Shown in pieces: positions 1 through 11,916 of a stretch of DNA of 64,000 bases. Source of the stretch: Coleofasciculus chthonoplastes F2-STO-03 (GTDB lineage: Bacteria > Cyanobacteriota > Cyanobacteriia > Cyanobacteriales > Coleofasciculaceae). Location: positions 1 to 64,000 of the forward strand of contig JAVJWO010000046.1 in NCBI GenBank assembly GCA_040222015.1. The letters run 5' to 3'. Position numbers and translations under genes: made by a program. The notes below the pieces were generated by a model. That model saw only the letters and a list, made by a program, of their open reading frames with translations, ran no database searches and was not told the origin of the DNA. Position 1 is the first letter of the stretch; each line of letters opens with the position of its first letter.

Positions 1-235
1 CGTGCCGAACAAGTTAACAAACTGCCGCCGTACCTGATACTATTGTATAGTATTATTGGGCACTTAACAAGCTATTTTGTTTCGCTAACCCCATCTAAAT
101 CAAAGATTCTAGATAGGGACTGCGCTCAACTTTCGTTCAAACCCGCCCTGACCAAGTTTTGATCGCGTGGAGGGTTGACATTTTATTGATTATATGTGTC
201 GGGTGTGAGGAGGCGATCGCGCTGGATATCATGTC

Positions 236-3200
236 CTAGATTGACTCATTAACGGGAATTTCGATAATAAATTCTGTGCCTTTACCTAAGTCAGAAATAC
301 AGCTAATTTTACCCTGATGTTTTTCTACGATAATCTGGTGACTTATGGCTAACCCTAAACCCGTGCCACTCCCGACAGGTTTGGTGGTGAAAAACGGGTC
401 AAAGATATGCTGAAGCACGTTATCACTCATGCCAATTCCGTTATCGCGAATCCGAATAATTATGGATTGCTCCTGTGTACCTCCAGGTTCTCTATGATTA
501 GAGACTTCAGTGGTGATGGTAATCAATCGAGGTTCGGCTTGAGAGTTGAAGGCTTCAATCGCATTATCAAAGATATTGATAAATACTTGATTTAACTGGC
601 TGGCATAACAAATCACTTTGGGAAGTTGGCTATAGTGTCGAATCACTTGAATTTCTGGGCGATTGCCTTCAGCCCGGAGTAGATGCTGTAACATGAACAG
701 GGTGTTATCAATGCCTTCATGGATATCTACAAGTTTTAACTGAGCTTCATCCAACTTAGAAAAAGATTTGAGCGATCGCACAATTTTCCCGATGCGTTCA
801 ATCCCCACTTCCATCGAGGTGAACAGCTTATCCCAATCCTCAACCAGAAACTCTAAATCGATCTCCTGACTCAGTTGTTCAATTGCGGCGCTGGGTTGGG
901 GATAGGTTTGCTGATACAGTTGCACCAGGTGTAATAGGTCTTGGAAATAGTCACGGGCATAAGTAATATTGCCGTAGATAAAGTTGGCGGGATTGTTGAT
1001 TTCATGGGCAACACCGCCAATCATCCGCCCTAAACTGGACATTTTCTCGGTTTGGATCAATTGGGCTTGGGTGCGTTTTAATGCTTTGAGGGTGTCTTGG
1101 AGCGCCGTGGCTTTTTCCCGTTCCCGGATTTCTGATTCTTGCAACGCCAGTTCGATTTGTTTGCGATCGCTAATATCCCGGTGAGTACCTGTCATCCGCA
1201 GGGGTGAACCGTTTTCATCGTCGGCGACTACTTTCCCGTAGTTGGAAATCCATTTATAGTCTCCGGATTGGGTTTGAAGTCGATAGTCTAATTTGTAGGG
1301 GATGGAGTGATCCTGTAAATGCGCCTGCAATCGTTCCATCACCTCTGGTTTATCATCAGGATGGATTAGTTTTTCCCAAGTGCTGACTTGTCGGGGAAGT
1401 TGATCGCACTCATAGCCCAGCATATCGAACCAGTGACGGGAGAAATACACCTCTCCGGTTTGAATTGTCCAATCCCATAACCCATCCCCGGAAGCTTCTA
1501 ATGCCAGTTGCAAGCGTTCTTCACTTTGGCGTAAGGCGGCTTGCGATCGCATCCGTTCGATGGCAATTTTGGCAAGGTAGAGAATTTGGTCAATTAAGTC
1601 TTGATCTAGGTTAGTTGCAGTTTGCGGTTGGTCATAATACCCGGCAAATGTGCCTAAGATGCTGCCATCACTGGAGACAATGGGGACAGACCAACAGGCT
1701 CGCAACCCATGAGCTAAGGCTAAGTCTTTATAATTTGCCCATAACGGATCAGTGGCAATATCAGTGACAATAACCGTTTCCTTGCGATACGCCGCCGTAC
1801 CACAGGAACCCACGCCCTCACCAATTTCCACACCATCGATCGCTTGATTATAGGCATCAGGTAAACTAGGAGCAGCACCTAAGCGCAGTATTCCCTGTTC
1901 ATCGACTAAGAGAAAAGAACAGCGCAGTTGTCCAGATTGTTCTTCAACGAATCGGGCTAAGGCTGCTAAACTATCCGGCAGAGGCGCATCAGAGGCAATC
2001 TGTTTCAGGAGATGATTTTGCTGTTCGAGCAGCATCTGGGCTTGCTTGCGTTCCGTAATATCCAGAACAGTTCCCATTAGTTTAATCACCTGGTTTTGGG
2101 CGTTCAGGACAGGTTTACCTCGACCTTCTAGATAGCGAACTTCACCATCGGGACGAATAATTCGATATTCAATCGTATAGGATTGAGGCGTCTTGAGCGC
2201 GTTTTTCACCTGTTGGGTAAATAAAGGGCGATCATCGGGATGAATCCAAGTCAGATGTTGCTTATAGGTGAGGGGTTTTGGGTTGGGTTCTAGCCCATAA
2301 ATCCGAAAGAGTTCCGTTGATCCAATAATCTCCCCCGTCAGCCGCTCCGACTCCCAACTACCAACATGGGCAATTTTCTGGGCTTCGGTGAGTCTGGCTT
2401 CAGACAGGCGCAGCTTTTCTGCTGCTGTTTTGCGATCGCTAATGTCAATCGCAGCCCCTAGGGTTTGTCGGGTTGTCCCGTCTGCATTCTGTTTAAACAC
2501 GGTTTCTTGGGCAAATAACCAACGCCATTCCCCGTTTTTGTGGCGCATCCGGTACTCTAACTCAAAGACTTCCCCCACGTTGGCATGTTTAATTCGTTGG
2601 GCATGATCCAAGAGGATAGCAAAATCATCGGGATGCATCAGCCGAGAAAGAACCTGATTCCCCATCTGTTGGATTTCTTCCGGGGTATAGCCTAAAATTT
2701 CATGCATTTCCCGGTTCGCGTAAATATTGCGTTTTTCTACCCAGTCATGAATGTAGATAATATTGGGATTAGCATCATTAATTGCCTGTAGCCAGCGCTG
2801 AGACTCTTGTAGGGCTTGATCCAGTTGCTGGCGTTCAATTCCCACGGCGATTTCATTCGCAACGGAGGCGAGGGTATGCAGAATCGATAGGGATAAGGGA
2901 TGGCGGGCGAACATTGCCATAACCCCCACCAGTTTATCTTTGACGATTAGGGGATAGCCAGCAAAGGATACCATTCCTTCCCCTCGCGCCCAGTCTGGAT
3001 CAGTGATTTCTGGGTCATTGAGGATATCATTGGTGAGGTGGGGTTGGCGTTGGCTAGCAATGTGACCAATTTTTGACTGCTTTAAGGGGACTCTAGCATG
3101 AGCGCCATTAATATGAGTGTACAATCCCGCCGAGGCTTGCAACTCTAAGATATTGTCTTGGGGATTCAGCGTCCAAATTCGGGCAAAGGCGATATCCAGA

Positions 3201-3853
3201 TGGTGAACAAAAGCCTGAGTACAGCGAGACAGCATCGGGGATAACTCACTTTCCTGACTCAAGGCAAATCCGATATCTGAACGCAAGGCTAAGCGCCGCG
3301 CATGTTCCGCTAATTCGGCTTGGGCTTGTTGGCGATCGCGAATTTCTTGGTGCAACTGGGCGTTTTGGTTCTGGAGTTGCTGGGTTAACAATTTGAGATG
3401 CAGGTGAATTTTAACCCGGGCTAACACTTCATCCAGTTGAATCGGTTTACTAATATAGTCAACCGCCCCTAGAGATAACCCTTTGACTTTTGCCTGAGAA
3501 TTTGACGTATCCACCGCCGCCGTCATAAAAATGACTGGGATATCTTTGGTTTTCTCCCACGCCTTCAGATGACGACAGGTTTCAAACCCATCCATGTCCG
3601 GCATCATCACATCCAGTAAGATCAGATCGGGATTCAGTTTCTCTAAGAGTTTCAGCCCTTGCTCACCACTTTTAGCAATCCGCACCTCAAAGCCAGCGTC
3701 TCTCAAGAAATCCGAAACCAGTTTCAGATTCTCTGGCGTATCATCGATGACTAGAATTTGTGCATAGCTTTCAGAATTCTGCATCTCCCCCCAGACGTTC
3801 GTCAACTCGTTTGGGGAATCTGGATGTAACTGAGAGTTTGGATAGAGTGACAT
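236..3853 (-). CDS. Sensor histidine kinase, REC-GAF-PAS-PAS-GAF-PAS-HisKA-HATPase
   Basis: N-terminal receiver (ILVIDD, DLILLDVMMP, YISKP), two GAF-like and three PAS-like segments, H-box GVAHEINNP, G-boxes DNGIG and FFTTKPVGSGTGLGL. Confidence 0.93.
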   Translation of the reverse strand: MSLYPNSQLHPDSPNELTNVWGEMQNSESYAQILVIDDTPENLKLVSDFLRDAGFEVRIAKSGEQGLKLLEKLNPDLILLDVMMPDMDGFETCRHLKAWEKTKDIPVIFMTAAVDTSNSQAKVKGLSLGAVDYISKPIQLDEVLARVKIHLHLKLLTQQLQNQNAQLHQEIRDRQQAQAELAEHARRLALRSDIGFALSQESELSPMLSRCTQAFVHHLDIAFARIWTLNPQDNILELQASAGLYTHINGAHARVPLKQSKIGHIASQRQPHLTNDILNDPEITDPDWARGEGMVSFAGYPLIVKDKLVGVMAMFARHPLSLSILHTLASVANEIAVGIERQQLDQALQESQRWLQAINDANPNIIYIHDWVEKRNIYANREMHEILGYTPEEIQQMGNQVLSRLMHPDDFAILLDHAQRIKHANVGEVFELEYRMRHKNGEWRWLFAQETVFKQNADGTTRQTLGAAIDISDRKTAAEKLRLSEARLTEAQKIAHVGSWESERLTGEIIGSTELFRIYGLEPNPKPLTYKQHLTWIHPDDRPLFTQQVKNALKTPQSYTIEYRIIRPDGEVRYLEGRGKPVLNAQNQVIKLMGTVLDITERKQAQMLLEQQNHLLKQIASDAPLPDSLAALARFVEEQSGQLRCSFLLVDEQGILRLGAAPSLPDAYNQAIDGVEIGEGVGSCGTAAYRKETVIVTDIATDPLWANYKDLALAHGLRACWSVPIVSSDGSILGTFAGYYDQPQTATNLDQDLIDQILYLAKIAIERMRSQAALRQSEERLQLALEASGDGLWDWTIQTGEVYFSRHWFDMLGYECDQLPRQVSTWEKLIHPDDKPEVMERLQAHLQDHSIPYKLDYRLQTQSGDYKWISNYGKVVADDENGSPLRMTGTHRDISDRKQIELALQESEIREREKATALQDTLKALKRTQAQLIQTEKMSSLGRMIGGVAHEINNPANFIYGNITYARDYFQDLLHLVQLYQQTYPQPSAAIEQLSQEIDLEFLVEDWDKLFTSMEVGIERIGKIVRSLKSFSKLDEAQLKLVDIHEGIDNTLFMLQHLLRAEGNRPEIQVIRHYSQLPKVICYASQLNQVFINIFDNAIEAFNSQAEPRLITITTEVSNHREPGGTQEQSIIIRIRDNGIGMSDNVLQHIFDPFFTTKPVGSGTGLGLAISHQIIVEKHQGKISCISDLGKGTEFIIEIPVNESI

Positions 3854-4117
3854 TTTAGCTTAGTTTCCCTTGCCCGGTAATGCTATTCTATTCGCTTGGC
3901 ACAGGATGAGGTAGATAAGGGAGTCTAATTTTACTCAAAATTTAACTTAGCTAGCATCGACGAGACGATCTTCAGTTTCCCGATTACTCTGTCGCCGTTT
4001 TTATCTAGCTCAACGCTATACTAGACCTAGCAGAAAGCTGATCGGGTAAAGAGGGCGGGTTTTGTCTGTTCAATTATCTCAGACGATCAACATTGATCCC
4101 TAAACCCGCCCCTACAT

Positions 4118-4543
4118 TTAACGATTCGGTAAATTTAACCTGCCAGTTTGCCATAACAGTTGACGTTCAAGCAGGCGATCGCGACGATTTAATCGTAGTA
4201 GTCGAATTGTAACTCTACCTTGGGGACTCAATGCGATAAACTCGCCATTATTCCATTTAAAATGTTGATGCCATTGATGGATACGCGGATTATAAAGCGG
4301 TACGATATTATTTGTGTCCGGATCAACTGAAGCAATATCACTCCCTTTATACTTATTACATAGAGTACACGACAGGGCTAAATTTTCTGCAACAGTCTGA
4401 CCCCCATGTTTTTCAGCAATGACATGATCAACTTCATGAGGGGATAACGTAGCCACATCAGGAATCAAACAGTATTCACAACAACCTTGAGCGCGTTCAT
4501 AGACTAGCTTGCGTAAAGCGGCTGTAATGTAGGTTTTACTCAT
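4118..4543 (-). CDS. HNH endonuclease (putative toxin)
   Basis: CEYC...HEVDHVIAEKHGG...NLALSCTLCNKYKG HNH/zinc motif; start overlaps the stop of the upstream gene (ATGA). Confidence 0.88.
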   Translation of the reverse strand: MSKTYITAALRKLVYERAQGCCEYCLIPDVATLSPHEVDHVIAEKHGGQTVAENLALSCTLCNKYKGSDIASVDPDTNNIVPLYNPRIHQWHQHFKWNNGEFIALSPQGRVTIRLLRLNRRDRLLERQLLWQTGRLNLPNR

Positions 4544-4902
4544 GCGCCATTTGCTTCCTTCAATTTCAGCAATGCTCTAGCCTTAGCCATTCGCACCAAA
4601 TGTTCTAAATATTCATAACTTTGCCAAATTTTTTCTTCATCAGGTGTTAACCCGACAGTGCGATTTTTCTCCAACAAGGTTTGAATTTGAGTTTGCAAAG
4701 CTGGCGAGGGGCGCAGGGCAAGAATTTCCTCGGGTGTTGGTAGAGTTGCTAAGAATTCCAACACTTCAGCCATCCCCGAAAAACCAACATGAGTGATGGC
4801 TTCAAATTCTCGTAAACCCAGTTCCAGAATTTGAGGTAAGCAATTCTCCAAAGTGTTAACTCGTTGTGCTACATCGTCAGGAAGATCAAACGTAACTTGC
4901 AT
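4540..4902 (-). CDS. Small hypothetical protein, probable antitoxin-like partner of the HNH gene
   Basis: 120 aa, N-terminal MQVTFDLPDD ribbon-like motif, translationally coupled to the HNH gene. Confidence 0.65.
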   Translation of the reverse strand: MQVTFDLPDDVAQRVNTLENCLPQILELGLREFEAITHVGFSGMAEVLEFLATLPTPEEILALRPSPALQTQIQTLLEKNRTVGLTPDEEKIWQSYEYLEHLVRMAKARALLKLKEANGA

Positions 4903-4935
4903 GGGAAAAATTATCTAGGATATAACGTACTATTT

Positions 4936-5044
4936 TACAGCGCTTTTCAAGTAAGTGAGGTACATAGACAGATCCCCGACGCCCTAGGAGTTGTCGGGGA
5001 TCTTGCTTAGAGACTGTACCGCATCAACCACCAAATCTGCTGTA
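4936..5044. mobile_element. Small MITE-like element with TA ends
   Basis: Ends TACAGC...GCTGTA with imperfect subterminal inverted repeats, and an internal hairpin AGATCCCCGAC...GTCGGGGATCT. Confidence 0.5.
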
Positions 5045-5149
5045 GACTTGCTGAGGGAGAACAAGAAGCAGGAAAGGGAGCATGTCAGGTTCAACCCAAC
5101 CTACAAAGGGGGGGAATGAGGGTGAAAATGACACATGATGAATAACCAA

Positions 5150-8100
5150 TTACCAATCCCCAAAATAATTATCCAATAAATCAACAATTTTGTCATAGTC
5201 AAACTTAGCCGCCATTTCCAAGACTTCGAGGGCAAAGGGAATATAATCCGGATTAATATCTTGGAGTCGCATCGTCTCCTCCTCAACTCCAGCCACATCC
5301 CCCATACTCGCCGCTTCGTAGAGAATCCTTAACTCCTCCTGAGTCGGAATTACACGATCGCCTGATTCCAAATAAGAGTTAGCGGGTTCAACTTTATCTT
5401 GATAAACCCATGATATATTTAAATAGACTTGAACTTTCTGTAACAACTCTTGGGTGGCAATTGGCTTGGTGATAAAATCAGTACAGCCAGCGTCTAAACT
5501 TTCGACTCGGTTATTGGCAAAGGCATTAGCAGACACGGCAATAATGGGTGTTGTTTTAAACTCAGGATATTGGCGTAACTGTTGTGTCATCTGATGTCCG
5601 TTCATCACGGGCATGACAACATCAACTAAAATCAAATCCGGTTGCCATTCCTGGGCTTTGGTTAATCCTTCTTGCCCATTCATGGCTTCTTGAATTTCAA
5701 AGCCAATGGGTTCTAAAACACTCCTGAGAACCGCGCAATTTTCCCAGCGATCATCTACAATCAGGATTTTGCGTGTAGCACCAGCGTACCCCACAATTAT
5801 ATCCATCGGTTTTGCTCGAATAAACGTGGCTGAAGAAGAGACTTCCGGTAAATCCACCTCAAACCAGAATTTACTGCCCACGCCAGGGGTACTCTCAACC
5901 CTAATTTGGCTCCCCATCAAGGCGATGAGTTTCTTTGTAATCGCTAATCCTAATCCAGTACCTTCATGGTGACGAGAACTATCTTTCACTTGCTCAAAGG
6001 GTAAGAAGATTTTGTTTAAGTCTTCGGCACTCATGCCAATTCCCGTATCTTCAACCTGGAAGCGGATTTTGTCTTTTGTACTTTGTCCTTGGTAAATTAT
6101 ACTGATTGTAAAGGTGACACTGCCTTTATCGGTAAATTTAACCGCATTGGAAAGCAGATTCATTAAGACTTGGCGCAGGCGCTTTTCATCCCCGTTAACC
6201 ACTTGCGGCATGGATGTGGGAGCGTTGTAGTTAAAGGCAATGTCTTTTTGAATAGCTTTGAGGCGAAATATTTCACAGAGTCCGACGAGACATGAGGGGA
6301 AATGAAAATCTTCAGCATAGAGTTCCAGTTTTCCTGCTTCCACTTTCGATAGGTCTAAAATATCGTTAATCAGGGTGAGTAAGTGTGTACCGCATTGGTG
6401 AATAATCTCAATTCCGTCATTTTGTTTTTGGGTTAAATTAGGATTATTTTTAAGAATTTGAGCATAGCCTAAAATGCCATTCAAGGGCGTGCGAAGTTCA
6501 TGACTCATTGAGGCTAAGAACGCACTTTTGGCAAGATTCGCGGCTTCGGCGGCGTCTTTGGCTTGGGCTAATTCTATCTCAGTTTTCTTAAGTTCTGTAA
6601 TATCAATTTCAATCCCATCCCAAACCGTGCGTCCATCAGCTAAACGGCGGGGGGCAGAACGTATATAAGACCATTGAATATCACCGATGGGTGTTCGGTT
6701 TCGCATCTGTATTTCAAACACTGAAAGATTACGTCGGGATTCTTCAGTTAATTGATCGCGTCGCTGACGATCTTCTTCAACTGTTAAATCAAATAATACA
6801 TTAGCATCCTGGAGAATCACCTCAGGTTTAATTCCGAGTAAGCGTTCAATTCCGGCGGTGATGTAGGAGAAGTACACCTTGCCAGTAGGTTCTTGAACGA
6901 GTTGGTAAATTACACCATTGGGCAGATTATCGGCTAGAGTACGCAATCGGTATTCGCGCTCTTGTAACGCTAATTCTGCCTGTTTGCGTTCGGTAATATC
7001 TTGACCAATTCCCAAAACAGACCCATCGGGTAAGCGAATATTTGACCAGGTGGTGTCTATCATTTCACCGCTGCGGATTCGAGTCTGAAAATCTCGCCAA
7101 GTGCCATCGGCTTTTAAGAGGAATTCTAACACGGAGGCGCAAGACTCTGGGTCAGGATAAAGCTCGGCTATAATATTATCAATAGTTTGCAATTCTACCA
7201 GTGACCACCCCAATATTTGCTCAAAAGCTGGGTTAATTAACTGGATTTTACCCCTGTCATTCAAGAAACACAACATCACTGGAAGAGCATCAAAAATCGT
7301 CTGGAGAATTTCTTTTTGTTGGCTCAATGCCAGTTCAGCTTGTTTGCGATCGCTAATGTCTCGGAGAATGGCGGTACAGATGATTTCGCCGTTGATCTCA
7401 AGCTTAGAAATTGAGGCTTCTGTGGGAAACTCTGTCCCATCGTGGCGGCGAGCAAAAAGTTCGTTGCGTTCTCCCATTTGTCGTGCTGTACCGACAGATT
7501 CAGCAAAATTAGTGACGTGTTGGTGGTGAATTGTAGCGGCGCGAGGAGGTAAGAGTAAATCCAGAGGTTGACCTAATACTTGATCGGCTTTGTAGCCAAA
7601 CATTTTTTCCGCACCCTGATTAAATAAGGTAATTCGTTGCTGGGCGTCTACGGAAATAATCGCATCATTAGCAATTTCCAGAATACCCGCAAATCGAGCG
7701 TTAGAGGCGGCTAGAGCAAGTTCAGCCTGTTTGCGATCGCTAATATTTCGGGTGAGGGCAATCACTTCATTGTGATTCAGGGGAACTATTCGCGCCTCGA
7801 AGTATTGTTCCCCTTGATTAAGGGGTAAGGAATACTCGATACTCACCAGGGATTCAGTTGTCAAAACTTGCTGAATCGCGGCATAGAATTTTTCTCCTGC
7901 CGTCGGTAATACGTCTTGAATTTTATGGTTTAAAAATGATTCAGGTGAGGTGTATAAGTCCTGATATTTTTTGGTGCGAAAATCTAGAATCGTGCCATCT
8001 GCCGCCAGACGAAACAGGATATCGGGAAACGCATCAAAAATCGCTTGCATTTCCTGATTGGTTTGGCGCAATTGGGTTTCAATTTGTTTGAGTTGGGTGA

Positions 8101-11100
8101 GATTGCGACAATTGACCACAACACCAGAAATCTGCTGATTGCCATCCAGGTAAGGGATATAGGTAACGCTGATAAATTCGTGTTTCCCCCCCGGATAATC
8201 AAACCACTCTTGATAGGTTAACATTTCACCCGCCAGACATCGATCTAAATTGGGTTTAATCACCTGTTCAAATACCTCGTTCCCCATCAAGTCACTCACC
8301 GAATGTCCGACAATCTCGTCATATCGTTTTTGATTCCCATCTAGATAGGCTTGATTGACAATCTGATAGGTGTAATTGCGATCCAGCAAGGAAATGGCAT
8401 CGATTGTTGATGAAACAATCCGTTCATACCGTCGTAATGCTTCCTCGGCTTCTTTGAGTTCAGTAATATCCTGAGAGGTTCCCAAAATCCTAATCACCCG
8501 ATTATTTTCATCCCGCTCAAATACCACTTCCCGTGACAGTAACCAGCGCCACGAACCATCTTTATGACGAAATCGACTCTCAGTGGTTAAAACATCGCTA
8601 TCTGATGCTGTTAGCCAAAATTTTATATTCCGCTCAATCAAGGGTAAGTCATCAGGATGGAGAACATCGAGGAAAAACTCCATTCCCCGCCGTATAATTT
8701 CCTCGGGATTGTAACCCAATATATCCAGAGATTGTCGATTAATATAGAGATCGGTTCCCGCTGTTGGGTCAAACAGGTAGAGCAGTTGTGGCGAAGCATT
8801 AATGATTTTCTCAATAAACCGTTGATTTTCCTTAAGTTGAAGTTCAATCTGTTTGCGATCGCTAATATTCAAGCTCGTGCCAATTAGTCGATAAATGCGG
8901 GAGTTGCTGTCTCGCAGGGGGGTTAAATTACTAATCCACCAAGAGTCTTTTCCCTTCAGGTGCAGCGAATGTTCATAGGTAATTTTTTCTCCCGCCGCCA
9001 GACAACGAAGATACCGTTGACACACCGCCTCAGCAATGTCGGGTGTTAATGCTTCTTGGGGCGTTTTCCCTTTTATTTCTGAGTTGCGAAGACCGGACAT
9101 CAGTTCATGGGTGGGATTAATGCTAACATAGCGAAACTCACCATTTTCCAGAACATCAACGATAAAGACAGCCGCTTCAATGCCTTCGTAAATACTGCGT
9201 AAAAATGCTTCACTTTCTCGTAAGGATTCCTCAGCTTGCTTCCGTTCGGTGATATTCTGGGTGACAACCATCCCGGCGATGATGGTTCCGGCATCATTTC
9301 TCACCGCCGTACTCTGACACAAATAGGTTAAACCTCCGATGCTAATTTCTTGAGTCTGCTCAATTCCAGCCAAAGCAGCATGATAGAGTGGCTCAACGAT
9401 GGCACAAGTGTCTGGCGGTAAAACCTCCCAGAGGGTTTTCCCGTGCAACGCTTCCCAGCTATATCCCCCTTGTGCTAACGCCTGACCATCCGCCACCAGA
9501 TAGCGTAGGTTATGGTCAAACAGGAAAATTGCCCCATTGGGGAAGTTTCTAGCCATAGCGCGATACAGGTATTCACTGGTACGCAGAGCGTCTTCGGCAA
9601 GTTTGCGATCGCTAATATCCCGTGCTACCCATATTACTGCTTGATCAGACAAGAGAGCAATGGAAATAGTGAACCACATTTCGTGGTTATCCAGGGTTAA
9701 ATGATAGTCAAAATAAAGGGTTTGCTGGGTATCCAGTACCTGTTGCACTTGGCTGAACCAAAGTTCCTCCGGGTCTTGAAAAAACTGCTCGATAATTACA
9801 GTAAGCAGGTTACTGTCTTCCGGGGACAAGTACGTTCGCTTCGTCGGTGCAACTTGAACGCTTTTTTGATGATCAATAATCAGGACAATATCGTTAATGG
9901 CTTCAAAAATTGTCCGAATTTGTTGTTCAGAACTATAAAGTTTGCCTTCGAGTAACTGACGCTCCGCCATTTCTCGCTGTAATCGTTCGTTCGCGTCCCT
10001 TAATTCAGCGGTTCGTTGAGCAACGTTGGCTTCTAGAGTCCGATAGTAATTCCGTTGGAGTGCCTCGGCTTGCTTGCGTTCGGTGATATTAAAAAAGGCG
10101 ACAATTGCGCCAATAATTGTCCCCGTTTTATCCAATAGTGGTGTTCCATAGGCTTCCACAGGAATAATCTGATCCGGGTGATGAATTTCCAGATCATCCA
10201 CTATCGTTTGTTCCCCATTAATAGCGCGAACCACGGGCAGATTTTCCACCGGATACAATTGCTTGGTGTCACTATGATAAACCTGATAGGTTACTGCCAA
10301 GTCATCGATTTTGGTATCCGGTAATGTCTCAATTCCCAGTAACTCTTTTGATTTTTCATTCGCATAGGTCAATTGTCCTGTCAGATCATGAACTGATATG
10401 CCCACAGGTATCGCTTCCAGAATTTGAGTCAGGTGATGTTCACTTTGAGTTAAAGCTTGATTGGAGGATTGAAGTTGAGTAAAATACTGTTGCAGTTGAA
10501 CTGCCATAGTCTGGAATGATTCTGCCAGTTGACCGACTTCATCCCCCCGGTTCATGGCTATCGGATATCCCCATTCTCCCCGCGCGATCGCGTCAGCGGC
10601 TAGATTTAACTTCAGAATCGGTTTTGTCACCCAGCGAGCGGTACAAATTCCCACCACAATAGACAGGATTAATGCTGCCACACACAATCCTATCGTGGTG
10701 CGCGTATTGGCATAAACTTCTGCCATAAAGTCCGATTCCGGAACAACGGTGATAATACACCAGTTCAACCCAGATTGCGCCTGAATCGGATTAATATGCA
10801 GGAAATAAGACTTATCGTTAAAATTAAACTTAAATGTTTGATCGTGCTGAATTTGACCCCAGTGATTCACCTGATTCAAGATAACCTTGACGGAGGCTTG
10901 AGTCAATGGATTCCTACTCTGTTGAGCAGGTAGCCGCCAGTCTTGAGGATTTAAGTTTTTAGTATAATCGGAATTTAAATCGGGCTTAAAGGGTATTTCA
11001 CCTGTAGAACTAGCAACCAGTTCTCCTTTTTGATTAACCATGAAAACTTGACCCGTTTTTCCCACCTCCACACCCTCTAGAAACTCAGCCAACTCAGGCA

Positions 11101-11812
11101 GAAAAAAGGTAGCTACCAAAATCCCTTGAAACCTCCCCTCTGAGTCATTAAACGGCAAAAAATTAGCGATCAGCAATAGGGGTTTATCAATGCCCTGGGA
11201 TAAACTAACAAGCGGATGCCAAATTCCTTTACCGGCTTGCTTTGTCGCTTGATACCAAGAATCACCCTCAGGTGGATCAGTGTGGGGATCAAAGTCATAT
11301 CTAACTTGGGTTCGTTTAATTCGCTGACCCTGAAGATTGGCAGTATAGTAGTGAAAGGCGTAGTTCGTCGATTGATCTAAAACACGGATAACTAAAGAAT
11401 CACTTTCTAATAATTTGCCTACATTCAAGAATTCTCGTTCCTCAGTGATGATTGCCATACTACTCACCGTGCCATAAATTTGCAGTTGTTGGGCGAAGTA
11501 GCGTTCTAAACCCGGAAAATTTTTCCAGTCTACAATCCCAGTCTGAATAGAAGCAGCAAGGGTTTGAGTTACCTGGTGAGGACTCTCCAGATAATGGTAC
11601 ACATTTTGCTCGACGCGCTCATCCACCTCATCGATTAACTGATAAGCTAAGTTTTCAACTGACCTTTGACCATTACGATAGGAAAGATACCCCACTAATC
11701 CCACCGTCCCCACAATTTGCAGTACAAAAGGTACAATCAAAACCGTTTGCAGAGGCAGATGCGCCGCCACGTTAGTTAGGATACCGTTGAGAGATTTAAC
11801 AGGGTTTAACAT
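5150..11812 (-). CDS. Hybrid sensor kinase, Cache-HAMP-multi-PAS-HisKA-HATPase-REC
   Basis: Two TM helices around a periplasmic Cache-like domain, HAMP (RGDEVGQLA), about nine PAS-like repeats, H-box [11 protein letters not shown]-terminal REC; start placed at the ATG at 11812 (ORF track gives 11833). Confidence 0.92.
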   Translation of the reverse strand: MLNPVKSLNGILTNVAAHLPLQTVLIVPFVLQIVGTVGLVGYLSYRNGQRSVENLAYQLIDEVDERVEQNVYHYLESPHQVTQTLAASIQTGIVDWKNFPGLERYFAQQLQIYGTVSSMAIITEEREFLNVGKLLESDSLVIRVLDQSTNYAFHYYTANLQGQRIKRTQVRYDFDPHTDPPEGDSWYQATKQAGKGIWHPLVSLSQGIDKPLLLIANFLPFNDSEGRFQGILVATFFLPELAEFLEGVEVGKTGQVFMVNQKGELVASSTGEIPFKPDLNSDYTKNLNPQDWRLPAQQSRNPLTQASVKVILNQVNHWGQIQHDQTFKFNFNDKSYFLHINPIQAQSGLNWCIITVVPESDFMAEVYANTRTTIGLCVAALILSIVVGICTARWVTKPILKLNLAADAIARGEWGYPIAMNRGDEVGQLAESFQTMAVQLQQYFTQLQSSNQALTQSEHHLTQILEAIPVGISVHDLTGQLTYANEKSKELLGIETLPDTKIDDLAVTYQVYHSDTKQLYPVENLPVVRAINGEQTIVDDLEIHHPDQIIPVEAYGTPLLDKTGTIIGAIVAFFNITERKQAEALQRNYYRTLEANVAQRTAELRDANERLQREMAERQLLEGKLYSSEQQIRTIFEAINDIVLIIDHQKSVQVAPTKRTYLSPEDSNLLTVIIEQFFQDPEELWFSQVQQVLDTQQTLYFDYHLTLDNHEMWFTISIALLSDQAVIWVARDISDRKLAEDALRTSEYLYRAMARNFPNGAIFLFDHNLRYLVADGQALAQGGYSWEALHGKTLWEVLPPDTCAIVEPLYHAALAGIEQTQEISIGGLTYLCQSTAVRNDAGTIIAGMVVTQNITERKQAEESLRESEAFLRSIYEGIEAAVFIVDVLENGEFRYVSINPTHELMSGLRNSEIKGKTPQEALTPDIAEAVCQRYLRCLAAGEKITYEHSLHLKGKDSWWISNLTPLRDSNSRIYRLIGTSLNISDRKQIELQLKENQRFIEKIINASPQLLYLFDPTAGTDLYINRQSLDILGYNPEEIIRRGMEFFLDVLHPDDLPLIERNIKFWLTASDSDVLTTESRFRHKDGSWRWLLSREVVFERDENNRVIRILGTSQDITELKEAEEALRRYERIVSSTIDAISLLDRNYTYQIVNQAYLDGNQKRYDEIVGHSVSDLMGNEVFEQVIKPNLDRCLAGEMLTYQEWFDYPGGKHEFISVTYIPYLDGNQQISGVVVNCRNLTQLKQIETQLRQTNQEMQAIFDAFPDILFRLAADGTILDFRTKKYQDLYTSPESFLNHKIQDVLPTAGEKFYAAIQQVLTTESLVSIEYSLPLNQGEQYFEARIVPLNHNEVIALTRNISDRKQAELALAASNARFAGILEIANDAIISVDAQQRITLFNQGAEKMFGYKADQVLGQPLDLLLPPRAATIHHQHVTNFAESVGTARQMGERNELFARRHDGTEFPTEASISKLEINGEIICTAILRDISDRKQAELALSQQKEILQTIFDALPVMLCFLNDRGKIQLINPAFEQILGWSLVELQTIDNIIAELYPDPESCASVLEFLLKADGTWRDFQTRIRSGEMIDTTWSNIRLPDGSVLGIGQDITERKQAELALQEREYRLRTLADNLPNGVIYQLVQEPTGKVYFSYITAGIERLLGIKPEVILQDANVLFDLTVEEDRQRRDQLTEESRRNLSVFEIQMRNRTPIGDIQWSYIRSAPRRLADGRTVWDGIEIDITELKKTEIELAQAKDAAEAANLAKSAFLASMSHELRTPLNGILGYAQILKNNPNLTQKQNDGIEIIHQCGTHLLTLINDILDLSKVEAGKLELYAEDFHFPSCLVGLCEIFRLKAIQKDIAFNYNAPTSMPQVVNGDEKRLRQVLMNLLSNAVKFTDKGSVTFTISIIYQGQSTKDKIRFQVEDTGIGMSAEDLNKIFLPFEQVKDSSRHHEGTGLGLAITKKLIALMGSQIRVESTPGVGSKFWFEVDLPEVSSSATFIRAKPMDIIVGYAGATRKILIVDDRWENCAVLRSVLEPIGFEIQEAMNGQEGLTKAQEWQPDLILVDVVMPVMNGHQMTQQLRQYPEFKTTPIIAVSANAFANNRVESLDAGCTDFITKPIATQELLQKVQVYLNISWVYQDKVEPANSYLESGDRVIPTQEELRILYEAASMGDVAGVEEETMRLQDINPDYIPFALEVLEMAAKFDYDKIVDLLDNYFGDW

Positions 11813-11916
11813 AAAGAAGAAAAGCAACAGCAAACAGGGAATATAGAACAGAGCATTTTTATTTCGTCTAGATCCTATTTAGACTATATCTCAGAAGTTT
11901 AATCGCTCTAAATATG

